Below, in pieces: positions 1 through 9,333 of a stretch of 64,000 nucleotides of DNA. The stretch covers positions 5,000-68,999 of the forward strand of contig CAZHMP010000002.1 in NCBI GenBank assembly GCA_964533595.1, written 5' to 3'. The position numbers and the translations under genes were made by a program. Position 1 is the first letter of the stretch; every line of letters begins with the position of its first letter. Below the pieces are notes generated by a model. That model saw only the letters and a program-made list of their open reading frames with translations. It did not search any database and was not told where the DNA came from. Source of the DNA: an uncultured Acidimicrobiales bacterium. Its GTDB lineage: Bacteria; Actinomycetota; Acidimicrobiia; Acidimicrobiales; Aldehydirespiratoraceae.

Positions 1-1
1 C

Positions 2-664
2 AGGCCATCGGTGTCACGCACCGTTCGCCCGCTTCTCACAAACTCGGTGAAGCTGTCGATCCTCACGAGCCCGTACGCAGAGCCGAGTTCGTGGCTCGAT
101 GACTGCGTGTCGGCATCCATCGATGGCATCATGGCCGAGGCCGGCGGGCCGGCATTCACTGCAGAGCGATACCGAGTTCTGGAGGGTCGCGTCCGTGAAG
201 GCCTTTCCGAGCAGGTTCACGCAGTTGCCGTGGCCTCGCTGGAGGCCCTCGGTGTTTGGACCGATTTGGGTCAGCGCCTCGAGTCGTTCAACCACAGTTC
301 TTTTGCCACCGCGGTGGGTGATATCCGCGAGCAAATGCAGCGCCTCATATACGAAGGATTCATTGCCGGAGTCGGTGCTGACCGACTGCCCGACATCGTC
401 CGATACCTCACCGCGGCCGACCGTCGACTTGATCGACTTTCCGACACTGTGTCTCACGATCGTCAGACCACGGTCACCGTGCGCTCCCTGGAGTCCAGCC
501 ACGAGCACCTGTTGGCTACTCGGCCATGGTCGCCACAACTCGAGAATCTCACGTGGAGCCTCCAAGAACTCAGGGTGAGCCTGTTCGCACAGTCGCTGGG
601 AACTCGTGAGAAAGTAAGCGTCAAACGAGTTCGCTCCGAGATCGAGCGTCTCGAAGCGCTTTGA
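2..664 (+). CDS. hrpA: ATP-dependent helicase HrpA, C-terminal fragment (5' part lies left of the window)
   Basis: The frame is open to the window edge and stops at 662-664. The tail ...TWSLQELRVSLFAQSLGTREKVSVKRVRSEIERL resembles the conserved extreme C-terminus of bacterial HrpA helicases. Confidence 0.7.
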   Translation, partial: RPSVSRTVRPLLTNSVKLSILTSPYAEPSSWLDDCVSASIDGIMAEAGGPAFTAERYRVLEGRVREGLSEQVHAVAVASLEALGVWTDLGQRLESFNHSSFATAVGDIREQMQRLIYEGFIAGVGADRLPDIVRYLTAADRRLDRLSDTVSHDRQTTVTVRSLESSHEHLLATRPWSPQLENLTWSLQELRVSLFAQSLGTREKVSVKRVRSEIERLEAL

Positions 665-673
665 CCCCGCAGC

Positions 674-1150
674 TCATCGACGCACTGCCAGACAAGTCTG
701 CAAGGTGAGTCTCGATTGCGTACCGAGGGCCTTTCCCACGGACTCGACAACTGTTGGCCAGGTACGCCACGCTCGTGATCGGTCCTCGATCAGATCCGAC
801 ATTGACATCACCAGACCAAGGGCCAGTGCCGGTCGTGGCAATTCGATGGAGGACCGTCGTATCTCAACGACTTCCGTGTCGTGGGGGAATTCCACCCTTG
901 GCCAAGTGGCAGCACCGGTCATTCGCTCAACAATGTGACGCAACTCGATCAAATCGTGAGGCCCCGGAGCCCAACAGAACGAGCCATGCTCAACCAATCG
1001 AACAAATTCGGACTGATCCCATCCAGGACGCAAATCAACAATTCCATCACGCATTTCGGCCGGGACCGGATCAGCGTCTGCCACCAATTCGAGGTACGAA
1101 CGCCGGGCCCGATGCCACCTCGATTGCGTATCTCGAGGACTATCTACCAC
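674..1150 (-). CDS. Hypothetical protein (no family recognised)
   Basis: 158-codon ORF whose GTG start overlaps the upstream nitroreductase stop by 7 nt. Its composition looks protein-like, whereas the opposite-strand ORF 754-1359 is an Arg/Pro/Ser-rich shadow. Confidence 0.45.
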   Translation of the reverse strand: MVDSPRDTQSRWHRARRSYLELVADADPVPAEMRDGIVDLRPGWDQSEFVRLVEHGSFCWAPGPHDLIELRHIVERMTGAATWPRVEFPHDTEVVEIRRSSIELPRPALALGLVMSMSDLIEDRSRAWRTWPTVVESVGKALGTQSRLTLQTCLAVRR

Positions 1151-1743
1151 TGGCCTCTGTGTATCGCATCGTCAAAGGGCCGCTTGGGACGCTGGGCAGA
1201 TTTCGACCTTCGGACGGGAAGGGGATGACCAACCGCCACCGTCCCCACCGCTCTCACCTGTTGGGGGACGCCAAACTCCCCTCGAATGGCATCCTCATGC
1301 TCGAACAGCCCGAACAAGAGCGCTCCCAATCCGACATCAACCGCTCCGTGGAGGATTGACATCACCGCGGCTCCGCCGTCGACATACCAATAAGGAACGG
1401 GCCAGTCGGCGATCCGGCTGCCAAGACCCGAACTCACCTTGTCGGATTCCGCGTAGCGTCTGACGTAAGCAGACGGATCCACCCACACAACCAACAGGAC
1501 GGGAGCATCCAAGAGGTGTGGCCAGGGAAATGCCGACCGGCGGTCGTCGGTGAGAGTCGTCTCCCAGTAGCGGTCGGTCTGTTGCGGCGTGTCGAGTACC
1601 AGGACCTCCAGCGAGTCGGCGTTTCCAGCCGACGGTGCTCGCAGCGCCTGGCGCAACAGACTGTCGACCAAGTCGGGAGCGACCGGACGGCGCTCGAACG
1701 AGCGAACCATTCTGCGACCGGCAACTACCTCGGAATACTCCAC
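1144..1743 (-). CDS. Nitroreductase family protein
   Basis: N-terminus RRMVRSFERRPV...LRQALRAPSAGN and the ~200 aa length are typical of the NADH/FMN nitroreductase fold. Confidence 0.8.
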   Translation of the reverse strand: MEYSEVVAGRRMVRSFERRPVAPDLVDSLLRQALRAPSAGNADSLEVLVLDTPQQTDRYWETTLTDDRRSAFPWPHLLDAPVLLVVWVDPSAYVRRYAESDKVSSGLGSRIADWPVPYWYVDGGAAVMSILHGAVDVGLGALLFGLFEHEDAIRGEFGVPQQVRAVGTVAVGHPLPVRRSKSAQRPKRPFDDAIHRGQW

Positions 1744-1764
1744 GTCAGCGCGACGCGCCGCTGA

Positions 1765-2517
1765 TCAAAGGAGCTTGTCGAGGTCTTCGGCCATGGCCCA
1801 GCCGAACGCGATCAGCGAGTCTCCGTCGGAGAGATCAAGGCCGTCGAATTGCGCGGCCACTTCTGCAGAGATCTTCTCGGGCTTGGAGCTTTCATGATCG
1901 AGAACCGTGGCTTGCTGGCCGTGGCCGCGAACGGTGAAAACACGGTCCTCATACGAATTCGTGCCAATTCCGAATCGCTTGGCCAGGCGACGACCCCACG
2001 CCCGCTCCTCCCCAGACGCTTTGTGATCCGGTCTGGGAACGATGTTGTGAAGAGCCTTGTATGCCTCGAATCCGCTCGGATTGTTGAACCGGCAACCAAC
2101 AAGGACGTCCTCGTCGGGAAATGCCAAGACCGATCGGCGCATCTGATCGGTCATCATGGCCCGCAACACCGTGTCGCGCTTGGTATTTCGGCACGTGTGG
2201 GCCGCCCCGATCAAAAGGCTGGGGGTTCCACCTATGCGTTCCAGGGTGCAATACGAGAATCCACGGATCTTCCCGGATTCGGTGGCAATCGCCACCAAGA
2301 CCCATTCCTCCGCTTGTTTCGAAAGCAGTCCCACCTCATAGGCATTGACTGATCCGGTACACAAATCAGCCATCTCGGCCAGATCGGCGTCGGTCAAGCT
2401 GGTGCAGTCCCTGGTTTCTACCTCGATCGCCACTGCAGCCATACTCCTGAATTCGTCGATTCGAACCCATACAGTCCACAGCCTTTCCGACTGAATCGCA
2501 ACTTCGAAACGCTCCAA
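1765..2517 (-). CDS. Hypothetical protein
   Basis: 250-codon ORF with balanced composition sitting between the nitroreductase and dnaE on the same strand. I recognised no diagnostic motif. Confidence 0.55.
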   Translation of the reverse strand: MERFEVAIQSERLWTVWVRIDEFRSMAAVAIEVETRDCTSLTDADLAEMADLCTGSVNAYEVGLLSKQAEEWVLVAIATESGKIRGFSYCTLERIGGTPSLLIGAAHTCRNTKRDTVLRAMMTDQMRRSVLAFPDEDVLVGCRFNNPSGFEAYKALHNIVPRPDHKASGEERAWGRRLAKRFGIGTNSYEDRVFTVRGHGQQATVLDHESSKPEKISAEVAAQFDGLDLSDGDSLIAFGWAMAEDLDKLL

Positions 2518-2565
2518 GTGAGAATCAAGTTGGGATGCGACTCGGATTCAGTGGCCGAAATCTCC

Positions 2566-5500
2566 TCAGATGATGGCGTCGGGGCCCAGTAAAACCCGCA
2601 ATTCGGCGATCACACCGTTGGCATTGTTGACAGCGAATTCATCAGGGAGACGAACGACTCTGCGATCGCTCAAATGGAGCTCAACCGGCGAGTCACCGGG
2701 ATGAGCGGCGAGAATCGACTTGAGATCGGCGATGCACGTGGCCGTCTGATTCTCGGGGATGAGCCTCGCCCGCACTGGAGCCGCGTCGCTCAGATCCTCC
2801 ACAACCTCCACGTCTTGCACGAACAGTTTCGGCATGTCATCACGATTCTCAACGCGTCCGCGAACGACAACGATGGCGTCATCAACAAGCTTGGTTCCGA
2901 GTTCCTGCATGGTGCGTGGAAATACCATCGACTCGATGGAGCCATCGAGGTCCTCGAGTTCGAACACCGCCATGAGTTGACCGGCCCGAGTCCACTTTCG
3001 CTGCAGATTGGTGATCACCCCGCCCACTTTGCGAAGTGACCCATCCGTTATGTCGACAAGATCGGCGATGGAGCAATCGGACTTTCGTCGAATCAGCCCC
3101 TCGATTCCCAATAGCGGGTGGTCAGAGATATAGAGACCGAGCATTTCCTTTTCATGGGCGAGCTTCGGCATCTTGTCGAACTCGACATCGCCAATCGTGG
3201 GCCTCTCATCGAAAGACGGCCCATCGTCGAGGTCGCCGAACAGCGACATGACTCCCATGTCGTGTTCGCGACGCCTTTTCACCGTGAGATCGACGATGCT
3301 CTCGAACACCTGGAGAAGTCCCTTGCGAGGATGCCCCATCGAATCGAAGGCACCCGCCTTGATCAACGACTCGATCGTGCGCTTGTTCAGAGCCTCCAAG
3401 TCGACACGTTCGACGAAATCGTTGAAAGACTCAAACGGCCCGTTGGCGTCACGCTCCTCAATCACTCGCGCCACAAATCCGACTCCGACATTTCGAACCG
3501 CTGACAGACCGAACACGATTCGTCCGAGACTCTCGGATTCGCCGAAATCAGGAGCCGGAGTGAAATCGGAGTCGGAGCGATTGATGTCGGGAACCTGAAC
3601 ATCGATCCCCATGGCACGACACTCGCTCAGGTAAATGGCGGCCGTTTCGAGCTTGCCCTTCACGCTCGTGAGCAGGGCCGAGAGGTACTCGACCGGGTAG
3701 TTGGCCTTCAAATATGCGATCTGATACGCCACGTAGCCGTATCCGAACGAATGGCTCTTGTTGAAGGCGTAGTCGGCGAATTTCTCGACCACGTTGAACA
3801 GTTCGGTGCCCAGATCGGAGCCGTATCCCTGATCGCTACAACCCTGCACGAAACCGGCCCGTTCCTTGGCCATGATCTCACGGTCCTTCTTGCCGCAAGC
3901 CTTGCGTAGAGAGTCGGCTTGGGCGAGGGAATAGCCGGCAAACTTCTGGGCAACTCGCATCACCGATTCCTGATAGATCATCAGCCCGTAGGTGTCGGTG
4001 AGCAAGTCTCGGGCGTCTTCGTGGAAGAATTCGACGGGCTTTCTGCCGTTCTTTCGGTCGGCATAGTCGTTGTGCATGTTGGCGCTCATGGGGCCCGGCC
4101 TGTACAACGCCACGAGTGCGGCCACGTCATCAAACGTGGTGGGTGAGAGAGATTTGATCAATGCCCTCATCGGCCCGGACTCGAGCTGGAACACGCCGAT
4201 CGTGTCACCGCGGCGCAGCAGTTCGAAGGTCGGGCCATCGTCGAGTGGGACCGAATCGATGTCGACGACGATCCCTCGAGTGGTCTTGATCAACTCGAGA
4301 CAGTCACTGATCACATCGAGGTTTCGCAGCCCCAGGAAATCCATTTTCAACAAGCCCAGGTCCTCGACGCCGTGCATTTCGTACTGCGTCACAACCGGGA
4401 CTTCTTCGATACTCTTTCCGGACTCGGGCTTGCGCTGAATCGGCATGTATTCGGTGAGCGGCTCTTTGGTGATCACCACCGCCGCCGCGTGGATTCCGTC
4501 CTGTCGCCTCAGTCCCTCCAGACCGCGGGCCACTTCCACCACACGCGCCACCTCTGCGTCGGAGGACACCATGTCACGCAGTTCGCCGGCAGCCTTGAAG
4601 CCATCTGAGTACTTGGGGTTCTGCTCGAAGCAATACCTCAAGGGGGTGTCACGTCCCATCACCAAAGGCGGCATGGCCTTCGCCACCCGATCACCCATTG
4701 CATAGGGAAAGCCCAGCACGCGAGCCGCGTCACGAACCGCGGCACGTGCCTTGATCTGGCTGAAGGTGACAATCTGCGCCACATTGTCACGCCCGTAACG
4801 AGAGGCGGCGTACCGGATCATCTCGTCGCGGTAACGCGTGTCGAAGTCCATGTCGATGTCGGGCATCGACACGCGAGACGGGTTGAGGAAACGCTCGAAC
4901 AGCAGGTCGTATTCGATTGGATCGAGATCGGTGATCCAAAGCGAGTAGGCCACAGCACAGCCCGCAGCCGAGCCACGACCCGGACCGACCCGAATTCCGT
5001 TGTCTCGCGCGTGCTTGATGAGATCCCAGGTGATGATGAAGTAGGAAGCAAAACCCATGTTGTTGATCACTTCGAGCTCATAGGCGAGTCGCTCAACAAC
5101 CGCGTCGGGGAGGTCCTCTCCCCACCTCTTCCTGGCGCCCTCCATGGTCAAGTGCAGCAGGTAATCACGATCACTCTCGAAGCCGTCAGGCAGGGGAAAC
5201 TCGGGAAGCTGAGGCTTGCCGAACTCAATCGTGACGTCGGCTCGCTCGGCTATCCAAAGAGAGTTGTCGCATGCCGATTCGACCTCTGCGAAGAGGCGCC
5301 TCATCTCGCCCGCGGTCTTCAAATAATGCTGATCGCCGTGGAACTTGAAGCGATCCGTGTCGGACAACAATGATCCGGTCTGCACGCAGAGCAACGCATC
5401 GTGAGCCTCTGAATCAGACTGATGGGTGTAGTGGCTGTCGTTGGTGGCCAGCAGGGGCGCGTTGATCTTCTTGGCGATCTCGAGCAACTGCGGGTTGGTA

Positions 5501-6096
5501 CGCCGCTGCTCCGGAATGCCGTGATCCTGGATCTCCACGAACAAGTTGTCGGCGCCGAAGATGTCCTGAAGCCGCGCCGCCTTTTCGAGTGCGCCACGCT
5601 CGTCGCCGTGGATCAGAGACTGGAGCACATGGCCGCCCAAGCAGCCGGTGCTGGCGATGACCCCTTCCGAATGCTCGGCAAGGATCTCCCAGTCGACCCG
5701 CGGCTTGTAGTAGTAGCCCTCCATGAACGCCCGGCTGGCCAGATGAATGAGGTTCTTGTAGCCGACATTGTTTTCAGCGAGAAGAGTGAGGTGGTAGTAG
5801 AGCTTCCTGCCCCCCTCGGTGTCGCCGCCAGAATCGTCGATCTTGCCTCGCCGGTTCGGCCTCTCGAATCGTGAATCGTGGGCCATGTAGGCCTCGGTGC
5901 CGATGATGGGCTTGATTCCCGCATCGCGGCATCCTCGATAGAAATCGAGAACTCCATACATGTTTCCGTGGTCGGTGATCCCAAGCGCAGGCTGCCCATC
6001 GGAGGCCGCCGCAGCGATCACATCATCGAGTCTGGACGCCCCATCGAGCATCGAATACTCGGTGTGCACATGCAGATGGGTGAATGAGTTCCCCAT
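2566..6096 (-). CDS. dnaE: DNA polymerase III subunit alpha
   Basis: 1176 aa with the PHP-domain start FTHLHVHTEYSMLDG, a polymerase core (PDIDMDF) and a C-terminal OB-fold region. The ORF is full length. Confidence 0.97.
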   Translation of the reverse strand: MGNSFTHLHVHTEYSMLDGASRLDDVIAAAASDGQPALGITDHGNMYGVLDFYRGCRDAGIKPIIGTEAYMAHDSRFERPNRRGKIDDSGGDTEGGRKLYYHLTLLAENNVGYKNLIHLASRAFMEGYYYKPRVDWEILAEHSEGVIASTGCLGGHVLQSLIHGDERGALEKAARLQDIFGADNLFVEIQDHGIPEQRRTNPQLLEIAKKINAPLLATNDSHYTHQSDSEAHDALLCVQTGSLLSDTDRFKFHGDQHYLKTAGEMRRLFAEVESACDNSLWIAERADVTIEFGKPQLPEFPLPDGFESDRDYLLHLTMEGARKRWGEDLPDAVVERLAYELEVINNMGFASYFIITWDLIKHARDNGIRVGPGRGSAAGCAVAYSLWITDLDPIEYDLLFERFLNPSRVSMPDIDMDFDTRYRDEMIRYAASRYGRDNVAQIVTFSQIKARAAVRDAARVLGFPYAMGDRVAKAMPPLVMGRDTPLRYCFEQNPKYSDGFKAAGELRDMVSSDAEVARVVEVARGLEGLRRQDGIHAAAVVITKEPLTEYMPIQRKPESGKSIEEVPVVTQYEMHGVEDLGLLKMDFLGLRNLDVISDCLELIKTTRGIVVDIDSVPLDDGPTFELLRRGDTIGVFQLESGPMRALIKSLSPTTFDDVAALVALYRPGPMSANMHNDYADRKNGRKPVEFFHEDARDLLTDTYGLMIYQESVMRVAQKFAGYSLAQADSLRKACGKKDREIMAKERAGFVQGCSDQGYGSDLGTELFNVVEKFADYAFNKSHSFGYGYVAYQIAYLKANYPVEYLSALLTSVKGKLETAAIYLSECRAMGIDVQVPDINRSDSDFTPAPDFGESESLGRIVFGLSAVRNVGVGFVARVIEERDANGPFESFNDFVERVDLEALNKRTIESLIKAGAFDSMGHPRKGLLQVFESIVDLTVKRRREHDMGVMSLFGDLDDGPSFDERPTIGDVEFDKMPKLAHEKEMLGLYISDHPLLGIEGLIRRKSDCSIADLVDITDGSLRKVGGVITNLQRKWTRAGQLMAVFELEDLDGSIESMVFPRTMQELGTKLVDDAIVVVRGRVENRDDMPKLFVQDVEVVEDLSDAAPVRARLIPENQTATCIADLKSILAAHPGDSPVELHLSDRRVVRLPDEFAVNNANGVIAELRVLLGPDAII

Positions 6097-6153
6097 ATTG
6101 ACTAGGTCAACCTCGCTTTGGCCATCCGATCGACCACTCCGCTCACACCCGTC

Positions 6154-6735
6154 TCACAGGTAGGTGCCATGGGACGCCTCCGAATGGCCTTCTCCGTCGC
6201 TCTCATTGACCTTGCCCGGTCCCGGACCGATGGCGCCTCTCATCGAGGCCAACTGCTGCTGAGCTGCCATCTGCTGCGCGAAAAGCATCGCCTGCATGCC
6301 CTGAACCAGACCCTCGAGCCACCCGACCAATTGGGCCTGAGCGACCTGAAGTTCCGACGATGACGGAACATCATCGCCGGTGAAGGGCAGGATGAGCCGA
6401 CCCAGCTCATCTCGAAGATCAGGAGACAGAGCCGAACCAAGTTCACCCACCGATTGATCGTAGATCTCACGAAGGCGGCCTCGGCTGGGTTCATCGAGCG
6501 TGGCCGAGCGAACCTCATCGAGGAGCTGCTTCATCATCGCCCCGATCCGCATGACCTTCGCCGGATGATCGACGGTCTCGTCAACCGACTCCTCGTCGAC
6601 ACCTTCGGATCCCGACGAGTCCTCGGAGAGAATCTCAGGACGGTCGGTAATCGGTGTCACTTCGGCAATTTCTTCGTTTGGCAACTGGAACCCTTCCTTC
6701 TTCGAAACGGAGCGGGAGACTCGGCTCCCACACAT
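6154..6735 (-). CDS. bpa: Bacterial proteasome activator (Bpa/PafE family)
   Basis: PAKVMRIGAMMKQLLDEVR...LRDELGRLILPF...AQAQLVGWLEGLVQGMQAMLFAQQMAAQQQL closely resembles mycobacterial Bpa. The C-terminus ends in GTYL, compared with the GQYL proteasome-docking motif. Confidence 0.8.
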   Translation of the reverse strand: MCGSRVSRSVSKKEGFQLPNEEIAEVTPITDRPEILSEDSSGSEGVDEESVDETVDHPAKVMRIGAMMKQLLDEVRSATLDEPSRGRLREIYDQSVGELGSALSPDLRDELGRLILPFTGDDVPSSSELQVAQAQLVGWLEGLVQGMQAMLFAQQMAAQQQLASMRGAIGPGPGKVNESDGEGHSEASHGTYL

Positions 6736-6745
6736 CGAACCCCGC

Positions 6746-7849
6746 TCAGGATACGAAACTCAACATCGGTACAAGCATCTCATCGGCGGTGAGTGACCCG
6801 TGACGTCCGATGAGTTTGATCCGCCCTCCGTCCGCGGCGTCGGAAAACCAATTGGTATCGCGAGCAACCAGAGCTGCATCCCCGATTCTCGATCGAGCCA
6901 CCTCGGACATGACGGGACCGAACCAGCCCTCATCGACCATCTGCTCGACCGGTGTTACCCAAGCCTGATGGCCGTGAGCCTCGACAGCAGCATCGAGCAG
7001 GTCTCTGGACCGCCCCGGCGTGGCATGAAGCCATCGGAATCGTGCCTCACCGGATTGCCGGTCGACGAGGCGCTTCACGTCGTCGGCCAGCTCCACCTTG
7101 CCACCAGTGCAATCGACCAGACCATGATCGGCGGTGACGATCAGGGCGGCATCTCGAGGCAACGACATCATCAAATCGGTCACAAGACGGTCGACTGCAA
7201 CCATCTCGGCGTTGTAGTGCTCTCCGAATCCGAACTCGTGAGCGATCTTGTCGATGCCGTCGTAGTAGGCGTAGACGAACGATTCACCGGCCGCCAGTGC
7301 TTGTCTGACCTCAACAGCCAAGGTTGGCAAGGTTCTCCAGCCGCGGTGACGTACGCCACGAAGATGAGCACGTGTGAACCCGCTGGTGGCGAACGACGCG
7401 TTCTGGACCACCACCGGACGCTCCCCCAGGAAGGGATCGACCTGTGAGAAGTTTTCCGGATCGATCGTTGACCGCGCATCTCCTCGTGGAGTTGACCACC
7501 GCAGCGTGTTGAGCACCTGGCCGCCGACATCTATCCGGTAGCCGACCACGCCGTGTTCACCCGGTGCCGTGCCGGTGACAATCGAGGTGAGCGCCGCGGC
7601 GGTTGTGGATGGCGCAACGGTTGTCACCGGGCCACCGGCCATTTCCGACATGACCGGCGCAATCCGCGACGCGTCGCGAAGCTGGTTCCATCCGAGTCCG
7701 TCCACGACCAAAACCACCGTCGCGCGGGACTCGACGACGCGATCCGGCAGGAGTTTGAACTCCATCGATTCAGGGGTGAGCAACGCTGGGATGAGGCTGG
7801 TCACGCAGTCTCTGCCAAAGCGGGGAACCATTGGTTTCACGTCTTCCAC
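6746..7849 (-). CDS. Alkaline phosphatase / type I phosphodiesterase family protein
   Basis: VVLVVDGLGWNQL, TTVAPSTTAAALTSIVTG (nucleophile Thr region) and IVTADHGL are metal-site motifs of the nucleotide pyrophosphatase/phosphodiesterase superfamily. Confidence 0.75.
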   Translation of the reverse strand: MEDVKPMVPRFGRDCVTSLIPALLTPESMEFKLLPDRVVESRATVVLVVDGLGWNQLRDASRIAPVMSEMAGGPVTTVAPSTTAAALTSIVTGTAPGEHGVVGYRIDVGGQVLNTLRWSTPRGDARSTIDPENFSQVDPFLGERPVVVQNASFATSGFTRAHLRGVRHRGWRTLPTLAVEVRQALAAGESFVYAYYDGIDKIAHEFGFGEHYNAEMVAVDRLVTDLMMSLPRDAALIVTADHGLVDCTGGKVELADDVKRLVDRQSGEARFRWLHATPGRSRDLLDAAVEAHGHQAWVTPVEQMVDEGWFGPVMSEVARSRIGDAALVARDTNWFSDAADGGRIKLIGRHGSLTADEMLVPMLSFVS

Positions 7850-7904
7850 GAAATCCTCGCTGCTTTGCCTTGTGATGATGCGGTGTCAACCGCCGCACCT
7901 TGGT

Positions 7905-7910
7905 TAGTAT
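7905..7910 (+). promoter_or_regulatory. Candidate -10 element (TAGTAT) giving a leaderless Rrf2 transcript
   Basis: A TANNNT hexamer ends 6 nt before the Rrf2 ATG (7917), and no Shine-Dalgarno sequence lies between them. Confidence 0.3.
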
Positions 7911-7916
7911 GCGCCC

Positions 7917-8363
7917 ATGCGGGTGTCGACCCGAGGAGATTATGCGGCGAGAGCTCTGCTGTCGCTGACACTCCACCCCGAGGACACACCGACCTCGGTG
8001 CGTGAGATTGCCGAACGCACAGCTCTTCCTCAGCCTTATCTCGAACAAATCCTGTTGGCCCTGAAAGGCGCCGGCATCGTCCGTTCCAAACGGGGCGTGG
8101 GCGGGGGGTACGTACTCGCGCGTGATCCCGGCGAGATCCAACTATCCGACATCGTGCGAGCGGTAGACGGCCCGATAACGGCAGGAGATTTCGCGGAGCC
8201 ACACACGGATGGGGCATGTGATCACGAGGGCCAGTGTGTGCTCCACACCATTTGGTGGGCGGCCGGATCTCACATGAGAAAGTATCTCGATTCATTCACG
8301 CTGGCCGACATCGCCTCGATGGCCGACGGCAAGTCGCCCTGGCCAGACATCAGCGACGACTGA
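7917..8363 (+). CDS. Rrf2 family transcriptional regulator
   Basis: MRVSTRGDYAARALL...VREIAERTALPQPYLEQILLALKGAGIVRSKRGVGGGYVLA is a canonical Rrf2 winged-helix N-terminus. Confidence 0.85.
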   Translation: MRVSTRGDYAARALLSLTLHPEDTPTSVREIAERTALPQPYLEQILLALKGAGIVRSKRGVGGGYVLARDPGEIQLSDIVRAVDGPITAGDFAEPHTDGACDHEGQCVLHTIWWAAGSHMRKYLDSFTLADIASMADGKSPWPDISDD

Positions 8364-8378
8364 GCGGCAATCGCTCAG
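8360..8378. terminator. Small hairpin spanning both stop codons of the convergent Rrf2 and rluD genes
   Basis: CTGAGCG-GCAAT-CGCTCAG forms a 7-bp stem. There is no T-tract, so terminator function is uncertain. Confidence 0.25.
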
Positions 8379-9295
8379 GCCAGTCCGGCCAACAATTCTG
8401 CAAGGTCGTCTGGCAGCTCCGACTCGAAACTCATCGGGTCGCCGTCGACCGGATGAGTGAACTTGAGCTCGCGCGCATGCAAGAACGGTCGACCGGGATC
8501 GATACCCGGCCTACCGCCGCCGTAGTCGCGGTCTCCGACCACCGGATGCCCGATTGCCGCCAAGTGAACTCGGATCTGATGGGTGCGCCCTGTCTCGAGC
8601 CGGCAGGTGAGCAAGGATGTGGGCTTGGGCGAAGCGAAGGCTCGGTCCACTCGATAATGGGTGACTGCCGGACGTCCACCCTGGATCACCGACATACGTG
8701 TCGGTTGGCGGTTGGAGCGGCCGATCGGGGCATCGATCACTCCTGATGTGGCGTCCATCTCACCCCAGACGAGAGCGGTGTAAGTCCTCTCAGGTTCGTG
8801 ATCAGACATCTGAGCGACCAATTCGACGTGCGCCGACTCTGTACGCGCCACCACCAACAATCCCGATGTGCCACGGTCGAGACGATGGACTATTCCCGGT
8901 CTATGGGTCTCGCCCACGTCGACAATCTCTGGATACCGCGCCACAAGACCATTGACAAGCGTGCCCGAGGGATTGCCCGCGCCCGGGTGAACGACCAATC
9001 CGGCCGGTTTGTCGATGACCAGCACATGCGGATCTTCGTGAATGACACTGAAGTCCACATCGGGTTCCGGCCCGATAATCGGATCGGCATCATCTGGCAT
9101 ATCGATGGAGATCAACTGGCCACCGACAACGCGCACAGACCCGGCGCTGACGCTCTGGCCGTCGAGTCGCACGGCACCGCCCTCCAACAATCGTGAGGCA
9201 CCGGATCGGCTCACATCAGCCAGCATGGCCACGACCCTGTCGACACGCTCCCCTACCAAGCCTCCGGGGATCGTCTCTTCGATCAGATGTTTCAT
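8375..9295 (-). CDS. rluD: RluA-family 23S rRNA pseudouridine synthase (RluD-like)
   Basis: S4-like N-terminus followed by the catalytic motif GIVHRLDRGTSGLLVVA and a C-terminal HQIRVHLA motif. Confidence 0.9.
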   Translation of the reverse strand: MKHLIEETIPGGLVGERVDRVVAMLADVSRSGASRLLEGGAVRLDGQSVSAGSVRVVGGQLISIDMPDDADPIIGPEPDVDFSVIHEDPHVLVIDKPAGLVVHPGAGNPSGTLVNGLVARYPEIVDVGETHRPGIVHRLDRGTSGLLVVARTESAHVELVAQMSDHEPERTYTALVWGEMDATSGVIDAPIGRSNRQPTRMSVIQGGRPAVTHYRVDRAFASPKPTSLLTCRLETGRTHQIRVHLAAIGHPVVGDRDYGGGRPGIDPGRPFLHARELKFTHPVDGDPMSFESELPDDLAELLAGLA

Positions 9296-9333
9296 GTGCT
9301 CACGACAGAATCCTTAGCGGGAGCGTCGGAGAC

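Noticed and set aside
754-1359. 201-aa plus-strand ORF spanning the 674-1150 and nitroreductase genes
   Set aside because: It is Pro/Arg/Ser-rich with no motifs and is antisense to the nitroreductase, which has clear family motifs. The minus-strand reading is preferred, although the 674-1150 gene itself remains low confidence.
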